Positions 1 through 13,378 of a stretch of 64,000 nucleotides of DNA are shown piece after piece. The notes beneath the pieces were generated by a model. The model was not told where the DNA came from. It saw only the letters and a list, made by a program, of their open reading frames with translations, and did no database searches. The number at the start of each line of letters is the position of its first letter. Position 1 is the first letter of the stretch. Both the position numbers and the translations under genes were made by a program. Origin of the DNA: Eledone cirrhosa (lineage: Eukaryota); contig OZ024742.1 in NCBI GenBank assembly GCA_964016885.1, forward strand, positions 87,730,001 to 87,794,000, read 5' to 3'.

Positions 1-95
1 TTTTTTATTGTGGGTGATGTTTGGCTTTGTTGAGTTTTTTTTTTTTGTGTTTCCTTTTTTGTATTTTGGAGGCTTTTGGTTTTCCCTCATCTTCA

Positions 96-690
96 CTACT
101 GAGGGTCTGTGTCTGTAAGTGTGTCTGTATGTATGTTTATGGTTTTATTGGTGTGTGTATTTTGGGGAGGAGGGGTAATTTGACAGCTTTCCTCCTCACC
201 CCCTGGGTGGTCAATGTTGGTGGTGGTCTTTCTATTGGTGTTTTTGTTGGTGGTTTTGCCGGTACTGGTGTTGGTTGTATTCCTCGTCCCGGCGTCGGCA
301 GCATTGGAGCCTTTCGACCCCTTGTCTCTTTCAGCAGTTGAGGGCAGAAGGCTTGCAAATGGGTTTTTTTCCCCACAAACAAAACACTGCGGCCTTTTGC
401 CTTTGGTCGTAAGGTGAATGACCGTCCCATTCTGAAGGCGGATGTAGTCCGAGATTGTCTTCACATTCTCGGGCCTGATCTGGAGAAGGATCTCCATGTC
501 AACCCCGGACCAGTCCTCTCTGGCCGTTCTGGTCACTTCTATAGGGACGCTATCCGGCCCCTCCACAATCACACATCCCAGAAGCCACCACATGTCAAGT
601 CCTGGTGGGATTCTGGGAATGCAGAGACGGGCCGTTCTTTTTCCCATGTGGGAGGGGTACATTATGACCTTGATGGTTTTGCAAATATAT
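96..690 (-). mobile_element. Fragment of a gag-like ORF1 (CCHC zinc knuckle) of a non-LTR retrotransposon, L1/Tx1-like
   Basis: ORFs 96-722 and 137-430 join across a frameshift to give CFVCGEK/THLQAFC (Cx2Cx4Hx4C), followed by a Thr/Asn/Pro-rich tail. Confidence 0.55.
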
Positions 691-1720
691 GAAATAGAAT
701 GGAGCGAAATTTCATTTCTCACTCTTAGTACGGCAGTTCCTTAAATGTAAGATGCATGTATGTATACGTAGACACATATATGTATACAGACGTACAGTAG
801 TATGTATATATATACATGCATACTAGTTTCAAGCTTATTAGCTATCGTCAGCATTGTATACCTTCCTGCCAGATGATTGAACGTCTCAACGTATATACTT
901 TCTTTATGCATATTAACGGCTGAGGAGCCTAATTTGCATGTCGAGTGAGTTTAGTCGGCCGGGCGCACCGAAAACGATAAATGGAATAGAATGACACGAA
1001 ATTCTCAGTCTTAGTACGGAAGCTACTTAAATGTAAGTATGCATGCATGTATACGTACACACATATATGTATACAGACGTACAGTAGTATGTATATATAT
1101 ACATACATGCACACATATATATATGCACGTATCGGTTTACCAAACATTTATTATAATGCTCGGTTTGTTTGTAAACAAACAAAGAGCCTCAATTACGCCG
1201 TACAGTGTTTAGGCAACCACGTCACCTTTTTGTTCAACACTGACACAGGAACGATGTACTAGTTTCAAGCTTACTAGCTATCGTCTGTATCGTATACCTT
1301 CCTGCCACATGGTTGAACGTCTCAAATTATATACTTTCCCTATGCATATTATCGGCTGAGCAGCCTAATTTGCATATCGAGTGAGTCTAGTCGGCCGGGC
1401 GCACCGAAAACGATATATGGAATAGAATGAAATAACATTTATTTTCTCACTCTTAGTACGGCAGTTATTTAAATGTAAGTACGCATGAATGTATACGTAC
1501 ACACATATATGTATACAGACGCACAGTAGTATGTATATATATACATGCACACATATATATATGCATGTATCGATTTACCTGAGGTTCATTATAATGCTCG
1601 GTTTCTTTGTAAACAAACAAACAGCCCGAATTATGCCGTACAGTATTTAGGCAGCCACGTCACCTTTTTGTTCAACACTGACACAGGAACGATGTACTAG
1701 TTTCAAGCTTATTAGCTATC
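690..1720 (-). repeat. Tandem array of ~437-bp non-coding units (about 2.5 copies), each with a hammerhead motif
   Basis: TACTAGTTTCAAGCTTA recurs at ~821, ~1257 and ~1695. Confidence 0.85.
821..857 (-). ncRNA. Minimal type I hammerhead ribozyme (copy 1; 3' arm of stem I lost)
   Basis: Minus strand reads ACAATG-CTGACGA-TAGC TAATAA GCTT-GAAA-CTAG-TA. The sister copy at 1251-1293 supplies stem I (ACGAT/ATCGT) but has a CAGACGA core. Confidence 0.6.
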
Positions 1721-2469
1721 TCATTTTCAATGTCTGCCCCACCGGCAACCGATCTGTATAATCAGTTCCTGATAGAATTCTTATAGAATTCTTATAATAA
1801 AGAGGAACTGACTATACGGAGCGGTTGCCGGTCAGCAGAAATTGAAAATTAGAATAGGTGCTCTGAAATAGCGATATATATATGTTCTGCCTGATAGACA
1901 ACTGCTCTGTATAATCAGTTCCTGATTATTACTAGAATTCTATAAGAATCAAACATTCATGATTTTCAGCAAACAGGTGGAGAATTTTGCTTTGATAAGT
2001 ACCAATCAGTACGAAACAGAGCTCTGTCAGCTTTATCTCCCCTGTTTGCTGAAAATGTTAAGTAAATGAGACTGTCACTGCTCTAAAACAATATCATAAT
2101 GTCTTCGAAATGCTTTTAATTAAGCATACAGTGTATTGCAAAATACACTATATATACATTCATATATACATCGCTATTTCAGAGCTCCAATTCTAATTTT
2201 CAATTTCTGCCTGGCCGGAAACCGGTCTGTATAATCACTTCCTGATTATTACTAGAATTCTATAAGAATCAAACATTAATGATTTTCAGCAAACAGGTGG
2301 AGTATTTGGCTTCAATAAGTACCAATCAGTACGAAACAGAGCTCTATCAGCTGTATCTCCCCTGTTTGGTGAACATTTAAAGTAAGTGAGACTGTCACTA
2401 CTCTAAAACAATAGCGTAAGGTCTTGGTAATGCTTTTAATTAAGCAATGCAAAATACACTATATATACA

Positions 2470-2473
<4 letters not shown>
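1720..2473 (+). mobile_element. Non-coding retrozyme-like / non-autonomous PLE element: inverted 5' segment plus two 320-bp tandem units, ending in (TA)n
   Basis: 1961-2170 repeats at 2281-2473. 1723-1850 is an imperfect foldback of the unit sequence. (TA)n lies at 2474-2516. Confidence 0.7.
1989..2031 (+). ncRNA. Type I hammerhead ribozyme, C3U/G8A core variant
   Basis: GCT-TTGATAA-GTAC CAATCA GTAC-GAAA-CAGAGCTCTG-TC-AGC, with GUC cleavage triplet. Stem I is extended by 1962-1983 pairing with 2036-2056. A degenerate copy lies at 2309-2351. Confidence 0.85.
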
Positions 2474-2521
<48 letters not shown>

Positions 2522-2829
2522 CTAATTACAGTTATTTGCCGACGTTATTTCATACATAAAATCACGTCAAGTGCAACGGAAGTAACATTTATGTAACAAC
2601 ATATCTGGTGTTTCTTATTATTCATTTGGCGTAGTGTCTCTATAATATATATATGTACAGTTGTCTGAGTGTGTGGATTTATGTTCTTTTTATTAATACC
2701 GAGTGAGCGAGAAATGTGTGTTTTTTAATGTGTATATGTTATTTATGTTTATATTACTTACATAGCTAATTGTCTTTGTGTGAATGTGCTAAGTGGGAAT
2801 TGGGATGTGTATGCAGATATGAAACAATT

Positions 2830-3245
2830 TATTTGAATAAGTTGCCTGCAAGATAATGTTGATTTTGACGTTTCGACCGATTTCTCCCATGCAGAGCGAT
2901 GTGATCTAGGATTTGGCTATCATCTAAATAGTTCATTTATAATGTAGTCTATAGGTGTTAAACCTCAACTCCAGAATATACCTTCAATGTATCGTTGGGA
3001 GTGCACGGCCGTACAGATGCGTGTGATTTGGTTAGATTATTCATACTTCATTCTCTTAAAGGGAATTTCCCAAACCACAGCATTGGTCTCTACTACTAAG
3101 AGAGTGTGGATGTTTTCCATACCTGCAATGGATATTCCCTTGATAATTTCTGACAAGAACTATTAGAGAGCTTTATTAACTTTTGACAGACAATAATCAT
3201 AGTTACTAACCTAACCAATGCCAACTTTTTAGATGTTATTTCAAA
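2830..3245 (+). mobile_element. Highly decayed Hydra-type PLE reverse transcriptase fragment
   Basis: Hand translation TFNVSLGVHGRTDACDLVRLFILHSLKGNFPNHSIGLY...ANFLDV aligns with NFDITMGSSDSAQVTYIVGLYLLKEL...GGLYRDD of the 25.6-26 kb RT. Confidence 0.6.
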
Positions 3246-4674
3246 TAATTTTTAAATCCTTAGAAACTCTAATCTATTTTTGCCCTAAGAAAATATTTGA
3301 GAGGGAAACCCCGTACTATAACAAAACATTTGTAGAGAGCAGCTTTATAGAGAATATTAAGTATATACGAAATACCACCAGTCAAAAATACACGTAAAAG
3401 TAGGAAAATAATGTTAATTTGGCTTACACCCATTGATTCTCTAACAATGAAGATTAAGATAGAACTATTAAGATCGGTTAGTATTATTAGACACACCTTT
3501 TCCCCCTGAACATATGTATTTGGGCAATTTGAAAAGCAGGCGGGGAAAATCAGATACTCCTGCAAACCTTACATACATGCATAGATAACAAATAAAAAAA
3601 GGAAAATATGTAAGATCGGATGTTCATGTAGAAAGAAACATTATAATGCCAGGGTGATTGTTCGCGAAGTTAAATATCACACGTGTTACAAGCAATGATA
3701 GAGAGAGTTGAGAAGGATATGCTGGTACGACTGATGACCGTATGAAACAGCGGTACTTTTCACATGCCACGGATTACAAACCCTAAGAAATGAAGACAGA
3801 CACAGTACAAGCCAACCAAATATGAGAACTGAAGTATGAACCTTACAGATTTAAATAAAACATCCATGGTAAGTCATGCTCTTTTATTAAATTGAGAAAG
3901 AATAGTTTACGTTGCATATGCCTAAATGTTAAGGCAGCACAATATCCTTGCACTAATGACATATAGCGTGGGTGGCACATATATAAAAAAGCCTATACGT
4001 ACATAACATAAAATAATATAATAATGAAATAATATACAATAATAAAATAAAATAAGATAAAATACAATAACATAAAATGCTGGAAAAAGAGAATGCATAC
4101 GTGACAATGATGCAGAGGGGGGCCGGGCATTATCGGGGTGTGCTCTAAGCTGCACACAAGGCCGGGTGGGGTGTGTGTGTGTATGGGGGGGGGTAAATGT
4201 TTATATGATATACATGGGGCTGGTATTCTAAGGCACTGGGAAGTATCATATGCATGATGCATGTCTCGTGGCTTGTGTGTAGATGTGGGCCTTGCGTGTG
4301 TACACAAACAAGTTATATATATTGTGGTTATGTGTAACATCCATTTCATAAAAGTATATATGAAATGTGCATGGGGTTGATGTATAGTTGGAATATAAAG
4401 AGTATGTGTTTCATAACAGTATTTATGGAATGAACGTGGAGTGTATGCCTGATTGTAATGTGCCAGCGGCATGAGTTGTGTGCGTGTGTATATCAGTAGC
4501 ATGTAAACAAAATTAAAACTTGACATTAAAATTAGAATTAAAATAAAAATTAAGATTAACATCACCATTACAATTAGTTGCGACATTAACCTTGAGACCA
4601 GCAGCATGTCCATCATCCAAATAGCAAATTAACCACCACGAATCAAATATTGGAAATCAATAAAGATCTCTTCT

Positions 4675-6180
4675 ATGAGAGGTCCATAGACCTCATCATG
4701 TACTCTCGCTACGTAGACGATATTAATATAGTTATACGGACACCCCCACAAAAGTGTACTAACAAGTATGATTTAGAATTTAGCACAATGGAAAGCATCC
4801 AGCAGATAGTTAACTCCATACACCATAGTATAACTGTAACTATCGACTACCCCTCCAAACACCCTAACAATAGACTACCTGTATTAGACACGGAACTATG
4901 GATTAACACTATAGACGAGAGGGCCCAAATTCTCCACTCACACTACGCTAAATCCATGGCCTACAAATACCTTATAATAAAACACTCATCAATGTCCAGT
5001 AGTGCTAAGTTTAATATTCTGATCGCAGACTTGGTACGAGTGATGAAGTACGTATCCCGCATGTGCCACCCAACATAGATGGAAAGACACATCCAACACT
5101 TCATCAACCGCATGCAGTTCTCCAAATAGACAGAATCAGAGTATACGAAGAAGCCACGGAGAGTATAAGACTCTCATATAACTGGACATGAAAGGAATTT
5201 GCCCATTATACAGGTGCAAATCATGGAATAGCTTAGATCGGACTAAACATAAGATAGGAAAGCCACCTCATGGTGCGACAACCAGAGATAACAGAGTGTC
5301 ATGTTCGTGGGTGCTAACCCTGGAGGGAAATTAGCTAACCAGTGTAGAAAGGCCCTGAGAAAGACCCACTTAAAGATTAAATTGGCAGAAAAGCCAGGAA
5401 CTAACATAAAATCCCTGATCAGCAAATCTTACCCTTATAAGAAGACCCACTGTACAAATAGGAAATGTTTTATACGTAAATTAAACCCCCGGATAAAGTG
5501 TAAAACTAGAAACGTAGTCTATAGTATATGATGTATTAGTGTACTTTCAGAAACATGACAGAAACATATATAGGCGAGATAGCTCGTAGCATAGAGGAAG
5601 GATAGACCAACACTAAAAGAACGAAAAAACGGTTCAGTATTATACCAACACGCCAGACAACAACATGACGGTAACATACACAACATAGAAATTAAAATAA
5701 TATATAAACATAGAAATGACCCAGCAGACAGGCCAATCAGAGAGCCAAGTGAAATAGAACTTAGAAGGCCAAGCTAAACAGAAAGAAATGAATGGAATAA
5801 CAACAACACCCAAACAAACAATGCTAACTTAAGAGAAATATAAATAAATAAATAAATATATACACAAGCACAATAACAAAAAACGCATATAAACACACAC
5901 TAGTAAACTAAAATAGAATACAATAACCAAAACACAGTCATCCGAACGCGAAACCATAACAAACACTATTTACATACGCAAACGTATGCGCAGAGAAGAA
6001 TACAAAAATAAATAAATAAATAAACAGATAAAATAAAGATGGCGCCGATATACAATACAACAGGAGGAACATAATTGTACCACTGACGATGCTGCAGATG
6101 CGCAACGAAAGAACTTTGTTAGACTATATATATGTGCTTATATCTATACTATATCTGTATTTTTGACCGTTGGTAAACAT
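4675..6180 (+). mobile_element. 5'-truncated Neptune-type PLE, subfamily B (RT C-half, Cys linker, GIY-YIG, 3' pLTR), pseudogenised
   Basis: MYSRYVDD, LPVLDTELW, CTNRKCFIRK...CKTRNVVYSI and YIGE motifs, with stops and frameshifts. Closely similar to 31370-33675 on the minus strand. Confidence 0.9.
6079..6120 (+). ncRNA. Hammerhead ribozyme in the subfamily B pLTR
   Basis: ACCA-CTGACGA-T GCTGC AGATGC GCAAC-GAAA-GAAC-TT-TGTT. Confidence 0.7.
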
Positions 6181-6722
6181 TGAGGACAGAATGAATTGAC
6201 TGTGGAGATACAAAAGATACAGAAGCGAATACAAACCAAACAGTCAGGCTAGGAATTGCCGCGAAAAAAGTTATTCTAAGGGACCCGTATCTTAACAGAT
6301 GTATATATTATAACATAGGTATATATAGTGGGCGTCTGCACGGTATAATGTTTGAACAGCAGATTGGAACGTTAAACTTTTGTTTAGATTTATAGGATGA
6401 AGTTAAAATAAATTAAAGATTAACATTATAAAATTAAAAAAATCGAAAATTGAAAATTAAACAGTTTAAAAAATATTGAAGGTTTTGGGTTGCGAGGTTC
6501 AGTTAAAGAAAGAGTCTTTTATGAAGAAACTTTAATTGTATTAATGCTGACTTTTCTTCCTCTTTCTTTCTGTCTTTTTTCTTGTAGCATGACATTAACG
6601 CTGACTTTTCTTCTTCTCTTTGACCGAGAGGTTAGGGTTACCGGCTAAAGTGGAATATGCTAGATGGTCGGTCGTCCTCGGGTCTATGATTTTATCTGTT
6701 ACATTCATTTATTACATTTCGA

Positions 6723-6780
6723 ATACCTGTTGATATCACCGGATTCATACGGAACCCGGTCATTGAAATGATCATAGTAT
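6723..6780 (+). ncRNA. Orphan hammerhead ribozyme motif with one core mutation
   Basis: ATAC-CTGTTGA-TATCACCGG...CCGGTCATT-GAAA-TGATCA-TA-GTAT, immediately followed by AATAAA. Confidence 0.7.
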
Positions 6781-7962
6781 AATAAACCTTTCAAAGATCT
6801 ACACAAGTCTAGCCTCCTGTTATTTTATTATAATACTCGCACCACCAACTACACAAACGAAGACGGTTGAGCTGCTTTACGTTGAGTACTCACCATATTA
6901 TTACATCAAGATTGACCATAAGGAATTGACCAGCTCTATCCAGTGGTGAACCTTCAAACCTAAATATATATACATATACATATATACACATTGTGTGTGT
7001 ATGGGGGGGTGTATGTGTGGGTGTGTGTGTGTGTGTGTGTCGAATAAAGAAAATACATGCAAATCCGTTAGGTGCAAACTAGAAATCCCGCCCAATGGTT
7101 TGCCTTTGACGGGCCTGGAAATATTACCTGCAAACACATCGAGCAAATTATATCCTATATACCAGAACGCCCGCAGCATTTTATTTATTTTCTAGTTTCA
7201 TTCTAGACATGAAACCTCTGTTATTCCTAGAGGCAACATATTCTTAAACCTATATCCCAAACAATGTCTATTGTTCTACCAAACCATTCTCAAGCAAATC
7301 CAGTGTCAAATCCAGCCTTGCACAATTTGTGATCCAGATGATTCTAGGCACCCATATCTATCAAATAGTAACCATTCGACACCTCCACTTCACATCGTTC
7401 ATACCTCCCGTAGATCGATATCCTAGGCCGTCCTCTGCAGGAAACAATACCACTAAATTCATAATTCATAACAATCTCTAACTCCCTAGACTAAATATAC
7501 AGTTTGTACTTTTGAACTAGGAAACTACCCTTTCCTTATCAGCCGGTGTGATGATGTATTTTCATGAAAGGCCTTTATGTTATAAATTTGGCTCATGTTG
7601 GCATGTGATGTGTCTTGATTATGTATACTACACTGGAATACCATATTCTTCATTGAACATAATTTTATGTAAGTGACGTATGTGGATACCTGTATTAGTA
7701 ATTAAATTAGTATTAGGTTGGTTTAGGTTAAAGCAATTAAATGAAGTGTAAACTTTGCCACAATCGTACTGTACAAGATTGTGCTTGATTTTCTCCGAAC
7801 CTTCCTGTGGCTATTATATTTCCTGTAGTATGTCTAGCTTTAATGTGTAATACGTTAGGCACGTTCTCTTGTGTGCTACTGTTAACATACGTTTACATTT
7901 AATTCTATTTGTAAAACCTGCATTTATGAAATTGTGTCCATTGTTTTTCTTTTTTGTTTGTA

Positions 7963-8180
7963 CACGAGGGGCGGGTGAAAATTCAGAGGCTGACAAATTA
8001 CCAGGGTGACCAAGTTGCTCTCATAAAATGTCCAGATGAGTTGTTTCTTGCAACATAGTCACAGGAAAGAAAGAATGAAGTCGTTAATAAGGAGTGTTAA
8101 AATTAATGCATGCAAGATTTCACGTCGCCAGCCTGTCTCCTCTGGAGTTAGTCTATAAAGGTTTCAGCCTGCCTTCATAG
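7963..8180. mobile_element. Possible Tc1/mariner-type MITE
   Basis: Degenerate terminal inverted repeats: CACGAGGGGCGGGTGAAAATTC versus the reverse complement of GGTTTCAGCCTGCCTTCATA. Confidence 0.35.
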
Positions 8181-9689
8181 TTCTTATGTATCTATCTAGT
8201 AAAAAAAACAGTTTTATAGTTATTAAACTTCATCGTTACCCTGTTCTTTTTATGAAGATATATTACTCCTTGCGATTCATTAGTAAAGAAGTTTGATAAA
8301 TGCTTGCAATATATTGTATATATATTCATTGTAAAATACGAATTGACGCAGATGTTTACAATAATTGTTATTACAAAGCCTCTCAACTTTATTTTCCTCT
8401 TTGAGCAATACTTTGGATAGTATGCAGCACGTAACACAGCGGAACGTAATATTAGAATAGGCAATACTTGTTTTCGTGCTAATATTAGTAAATAATTATA
8501 AGGATTTCGATAAACATTAGAACAAATATTGTGATTCACCCATACGATTTCTCAAAATGTAGTATCCATTAAATATTGTGGGAAAATATTCTATCAGAAC
8601 TGATAAATTTATCGATGTTGAATCTAATCTGCTTTGTTTGGTAAGCAGGCAGAAAGATTGGTTATGACACTATCTAAACCTGCTCGTAGTGAGCCGTGGT
8701 TGTAGGGGGTAAATAAGGTCAAGCATCTGCGTCTTGAGTTAGATATCCAATTTGTTCTACGGAAACATATTTGGAATATTGCATAACTTTTAAATGAATT
8801 CTAACACAAAGTATATAATCCCAATTTAAGCAATATTTTTTTACCAGTAAAAGAGACACCTACAAGGCACATACTTATTGTAGTTATATAAAAATGACAT
8901 ACAAATAGATATATTATTTGACAAATGATAATATTATAATTATGTATAATTCGGAGCTCATTAAGAATTATTTCCTAATCTTTCAAAATACATAGAACTC
9001 TGTCAGCAAAACATGGTAAAATATACTGTCATTATCAATTATAAAACTTCTCCTTACTTCAACAAATCAATTAATATGACGAAGAAAGTTTGCAAATTGA
9101 TTCTTCAAATGAAGAATGTTTGGCCAAATGTTTAAGAATCCTCATGCAACTATGAATTTAAATATTTTGAGATATAACAACTGTATTTCATATAAATCCT
9201 GTTAAAACGTAGCACCTCCAACCGACATGTTCATTTATCATCACCATTTACCATATAGTATATACACGTCTTAAGTAGAAGGGAATGCTGATTGCTTTAG
9301 TAATAACATTATTATATTTGATATTGTAATGTATACAAGATACGTGTTATTTTGTGTTCTAATTTTCCTTCACTAGGTTAGCCTTGAATCTAAATAATGC
9401 ATACATGGAAACACTCAAATGGTTGACTAACGGGACATATATTTCTTTCAATTTCTTCAAAAGCACTACAGGGGTTAACAGCTTTTGGGTGTGCTTTTTA
9501 ACAGGTCAGATGTTAAGAAACACCAGCAATAGAATATATTGATGTGGGTCTACCTAAAGTGATTATGATGACCAGATTGTATTCCATTCTAATGCTGTAG
9601 AATTTGGTGTGTATACATTTAAAAATGTATGCAGATATACATGCAAGGATGCACCTAACGATTATATGCCTGCCTGTCGCAGAGAATTC

Positions 9690-10000
9690 ACCAGTGACTA
9701 ATTTTAAAGCAAGGAGAGACCCTTGCGTCTTCCAATGGATATTGCATCGTATCAAGAGACGCGGATTTTGGATGTGGGACCCTTCGTGAGAGAGCGTATA
9801 CTTAATTATGGCAGCTCTGTATGATCAAGCAATATTATGTGTCAAACAATTATACTTGGCCAATGCTCCTCACAGACGCAACGATCTGAGGGACGTGCTT
9901 CTTACTCGGTCAGTTCGGAGTGTTGATTATGACACCAGTCACTCACTTGATTTTTGCTGTCTCAAACATCATCCAAAAAAAGATGCACTACGTTAACCTT
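9690..10000 (+). mobile_element. RTE-clade LINE AP-endonuclease fragment, decayed
   Basis: RRNDLRDVLLTRSVRSVDYDTSHSL matches the RTE APE C-terminal ...DV..TRS..SADCDTDHSL pattern. Confidence 0.6.
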
Positions 10001-10698
10001 ACGGGCCCTAATCGTATTAATGGTGCTGCAACTAATCATTTAGCCAAAGCATTGCACTCATATTAACACGCGAGAACGCCCTCCTTACAAACCAATGAAA
10101 GTGAAATATTCTGCTGAGCTAGTGCAATCTCAGGGAGGGTCTCTATAGTAACGCATTGAAAACCTTCGAGGAAAATAGATAAAGATACAGGACTGGTCCG
10201 CACCGAGAACGAATAAGCAACAAGTAACAGTGGAGGAGACGCCCGTCGCACAGTTTAAGGACCAACCAACCTGGGCATATCTGCAACCATTTAGACGGTA
10301 AGAGACAACACACAGAAGAAAGTGAAATACTATGCTAATTATTTCTGGCTACGGTGTCATTTGATACATTTAAAGATAGAGGATTCTCATATTCGATTAT
10401 ATTTTTTACCAATATACATAGCGTATATTTAAATATCGTAATTAGGAAAATTAATATATGCAATGTTGAAAGAGTGAGATGTCTTTGAATATATGAATTG
10501 AGAAGGTTTCTATTTTAATAATTAGTTTGAAACTTCAGCTACTTCAATGTTTGCCATACACATGGTTTTCCATACACATCCTCACACACAGATACACACA
10601 CACATGCAAACAGACACACCCACCCACACACACAGATAAACATATATATGGAATAATGCAGCATATGTTTAAGAATAAACATATATATATATGTATAG

Positions 10699-10760
<62 letters not shown>

Positions 10761-10809
10761 GTGTATGTGTGTGTTTGTGTGTGTGTTTGAGTGCATGTTT
10801 GTTTTTATT

Positions 10810-10858
<49 letters not shown>

Positions 10859-10999
10859 ATACTTTGGGAGGGTGATGTTGCCAATAAGAAAAACACGCAC
10901 CAGTTGTTTCACTTCAGTTTATTATAATAAGTTTATAAATTTAGGAATTTATAAATTTCCTGTTGGTTGGTTCCTCAAACAGATGGTTGTTTATATATT

Positions 11000-11042
11000 G
11001 TCAAAGTTCTTTCGTCACACATTTTGTGATCTCTTCAGTGAC
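11000..11042 (-). ncRNA. Hammerhead ribozyme in the inverted pLTR (subfamily A)
   Basis: Minus strand reads GTCA-CTGAAGA-G ATCACA AAATG TGTGAC-GAAA-GAAC-TT-TGAC. Confidence 0.75.
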
Positions 11043-11124
11043 TGGGGTTTATTTTCTTTGTTTGTGTGCCACTCCTTTGTTCTGTCCTACGCCATCTTGT
11101 TTCTGTGTGTGTGTTGTGTGCTCA

Positions 11125-13110
11125 GGATAGAGAAAAAGCCCTCAATGCCCATATGGCGATGTGGACGAATATAATACAGCCCAACAAAAGGACTGCCAAC
11201 AACTTCCAGGCCTGGAACAATGACGTGCCAGCGTTGTATGGGCTTCGAAAAGACCATAAAACGAGCAGTGACCCTGTCACGGGACCACCAACGCAGCCAG
11301 TCTGTGGAGCTAACATTGCTAGTAACTACAGACTGTCCTACTTCCTCTCCCTCATCATACGCCCCATCATTGAAATGTCCCCAGATGTTTGTGACAGCAC
11401 GCAGGAACTCCTCAGCAGAAACGGCGAGAGTAACCGATCTAGGGACCTACAAACTGCATAATAGGTAGTATGGATAGTGTGTCGCTTTATCCATCTATTG
11501 ACGTGGATTTTGCTGTGGAGAAATGCGTAAAAATGATCAGTGAGAGCAATGTTGAGTTCCGTGGGAATGATACCAGTGAGCTGGGACTCATATTTAAACT
11601 TACCTACAGTAATAATCACCTAGACACATATGACCTTAGCAACCTGTGCCCTACAAGACCAGCAAGAGGCAGACCACCTACCATTACCTCAATGGCCAAG
11701 AAAACCCACACAGATAGATGGAACGGGTGGACCAGAGTCATGCGGACACCCGAAAACCACGATGAACTAAAGAAAATGATTGCACATGCGGTGGGGGCCA
11801 GCATAACATTAACCCTTAAGGAACATATGTTCAAATTTAATGGAAAAACATATTCCCAAGAGGAAGGAGCAGCCATTGGTGTTAGCATTGCAGGCGACAT
11901 AGCTAATTTATTCATGGTATGGTGGGACAGTAGACTTAAACTTAAACTTAAAGAACAATTAGAAGACCCCTTAACCCTGATAATGAACTCCCGCTACGTT
12001 GATGATATAAACATCGTAGTTAAAACACGCCCACTAGAGAACAGTCAGGAATTAGAGAAAAACACAATGGAAAGCATCCAGCAAATAGCTAACTCCATCC
12101 ACCAGAGTATTAGAGTTACTATAGACTACCCAAGTAAACACCCCAACCATCGATTACCTGTACTAGACACAGAGTTCTGGTTAGATACCATTAATAACAA
12201 AAAACAAATCCTCCATTCCCATTATGCCAAACCCATGACTTCCAAATATCTGATCCACCGAAACTCAGCTGTTTCGGACTATACCAAAATCAACATACTG
12301 ATTGCGGATTTGGTACGGGTGATGAGAAACGTGTCTGGCATGTGCAACCCCGAAGAACTAGATAGACACATACAACACTTCATCCACCGTATGCAGTTCT
12401 CTGGTTACAATCAGAGAGATAAAATCAGAGTGTATAGAGGAGCCAGAACCAAATGGGAAAAAATGGTAAATAATGACACAAATGGGACCTGCCCCTTGTA
12501 TAGGAGCACATTTTTGAATAGAATAGAAAGAACTAGGAATAAGGCTAATAGAATAAACTCATAGTATGATAGCAATAAATACCAGAGTGTAATGTTCATC
12601 GATACAACCCCTAGATGTGAATTAGCTTACAAATTTAGAAGGGCCCTAGATAAACATAAACGCAATATTAAGATAGTAGAAAGAACAGGTACCTCCGTAA
12701 AAACACTTATTAGCAAGACATACCGTTTTCAAAGACCCCCCCCCCCCCCCCGTATAGATAAGAAATGTATAACCTGTAAATTAAGCCCCCATATTAACTG
12801 TAAAACTATAAATGTGGTATATAGCATAAGATGTACTGAAGGACAATTTAGAGACAAAAATATAATGTACATAGGTGAGACAGCTCGTAGCGTAGGGGAA
12901 CGGATAAATGAACACTGGCGAGATCTTCAAGATAGTAAATAATCATCTGTACTCTACCAACATGCTAAAATAGAACATAAGGGTAAATTAGAGAACATAG
13001 AAATAAAAATAGAATCTACACACAGAAAAGACGCAATGTTTAGACAAATCACAGAGGCAATAAATATAAAAGAATTACAACCAAAATTAAATAGAAAACA
13101 TGAGTAGAAC
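11125..13110 (+). pseudogene. PLE polyprotein (RT + Cys-rich linker + GIY-YIG endonuclease), disrupted
   Basis: ORFs 11066-11461, 11470-12564 and 12592-12942 are collinear, separated by a frameshift and stop codons. Confidence 0.9.
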
Positions 13111-13335
13111 AGCAACATCACAACTTACAATTAAGGACAAAATGAAAACACACACGCACATAGAACAAACAACCAACCTGTAACATGTAAATAAACAAAT
13201 AAATAAACGAATATAAATACACACATACACCCGGATGTGGCGCATGCGCAAACTGAGCACACAACACACACACATAAACAAGATGACGTAGGACAAAACA
13301 AAGGAGAGGTACAAAAACAAAGAAAAAAATCCCCA

Positions 13336-13378
13336 GTCACTGAAGAGGTCACATAATGTGTGACGAAAGAACTTTGAC
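13336..13378 (+). ncRNA. Hammerhead ribozyme in the 3' pLTR (subfamily A)
   Basis: GTCA-CTGAAGA-G GTCACA TAATG TGTGAC-GAAA-GAAC-TT-TGAC. Confidence 0.85.

Noticed and set aside
3725-3760. CTGATGA...GAAAC hammerhead-like string
   Set aside because: No stem II between the core halves and no stem I pairing.
10527-10927. YIYI/CVCV/THTH ORFs here and throughout the window
   Set aside because: Artefacts of (TA)n and (TG)n repeats.
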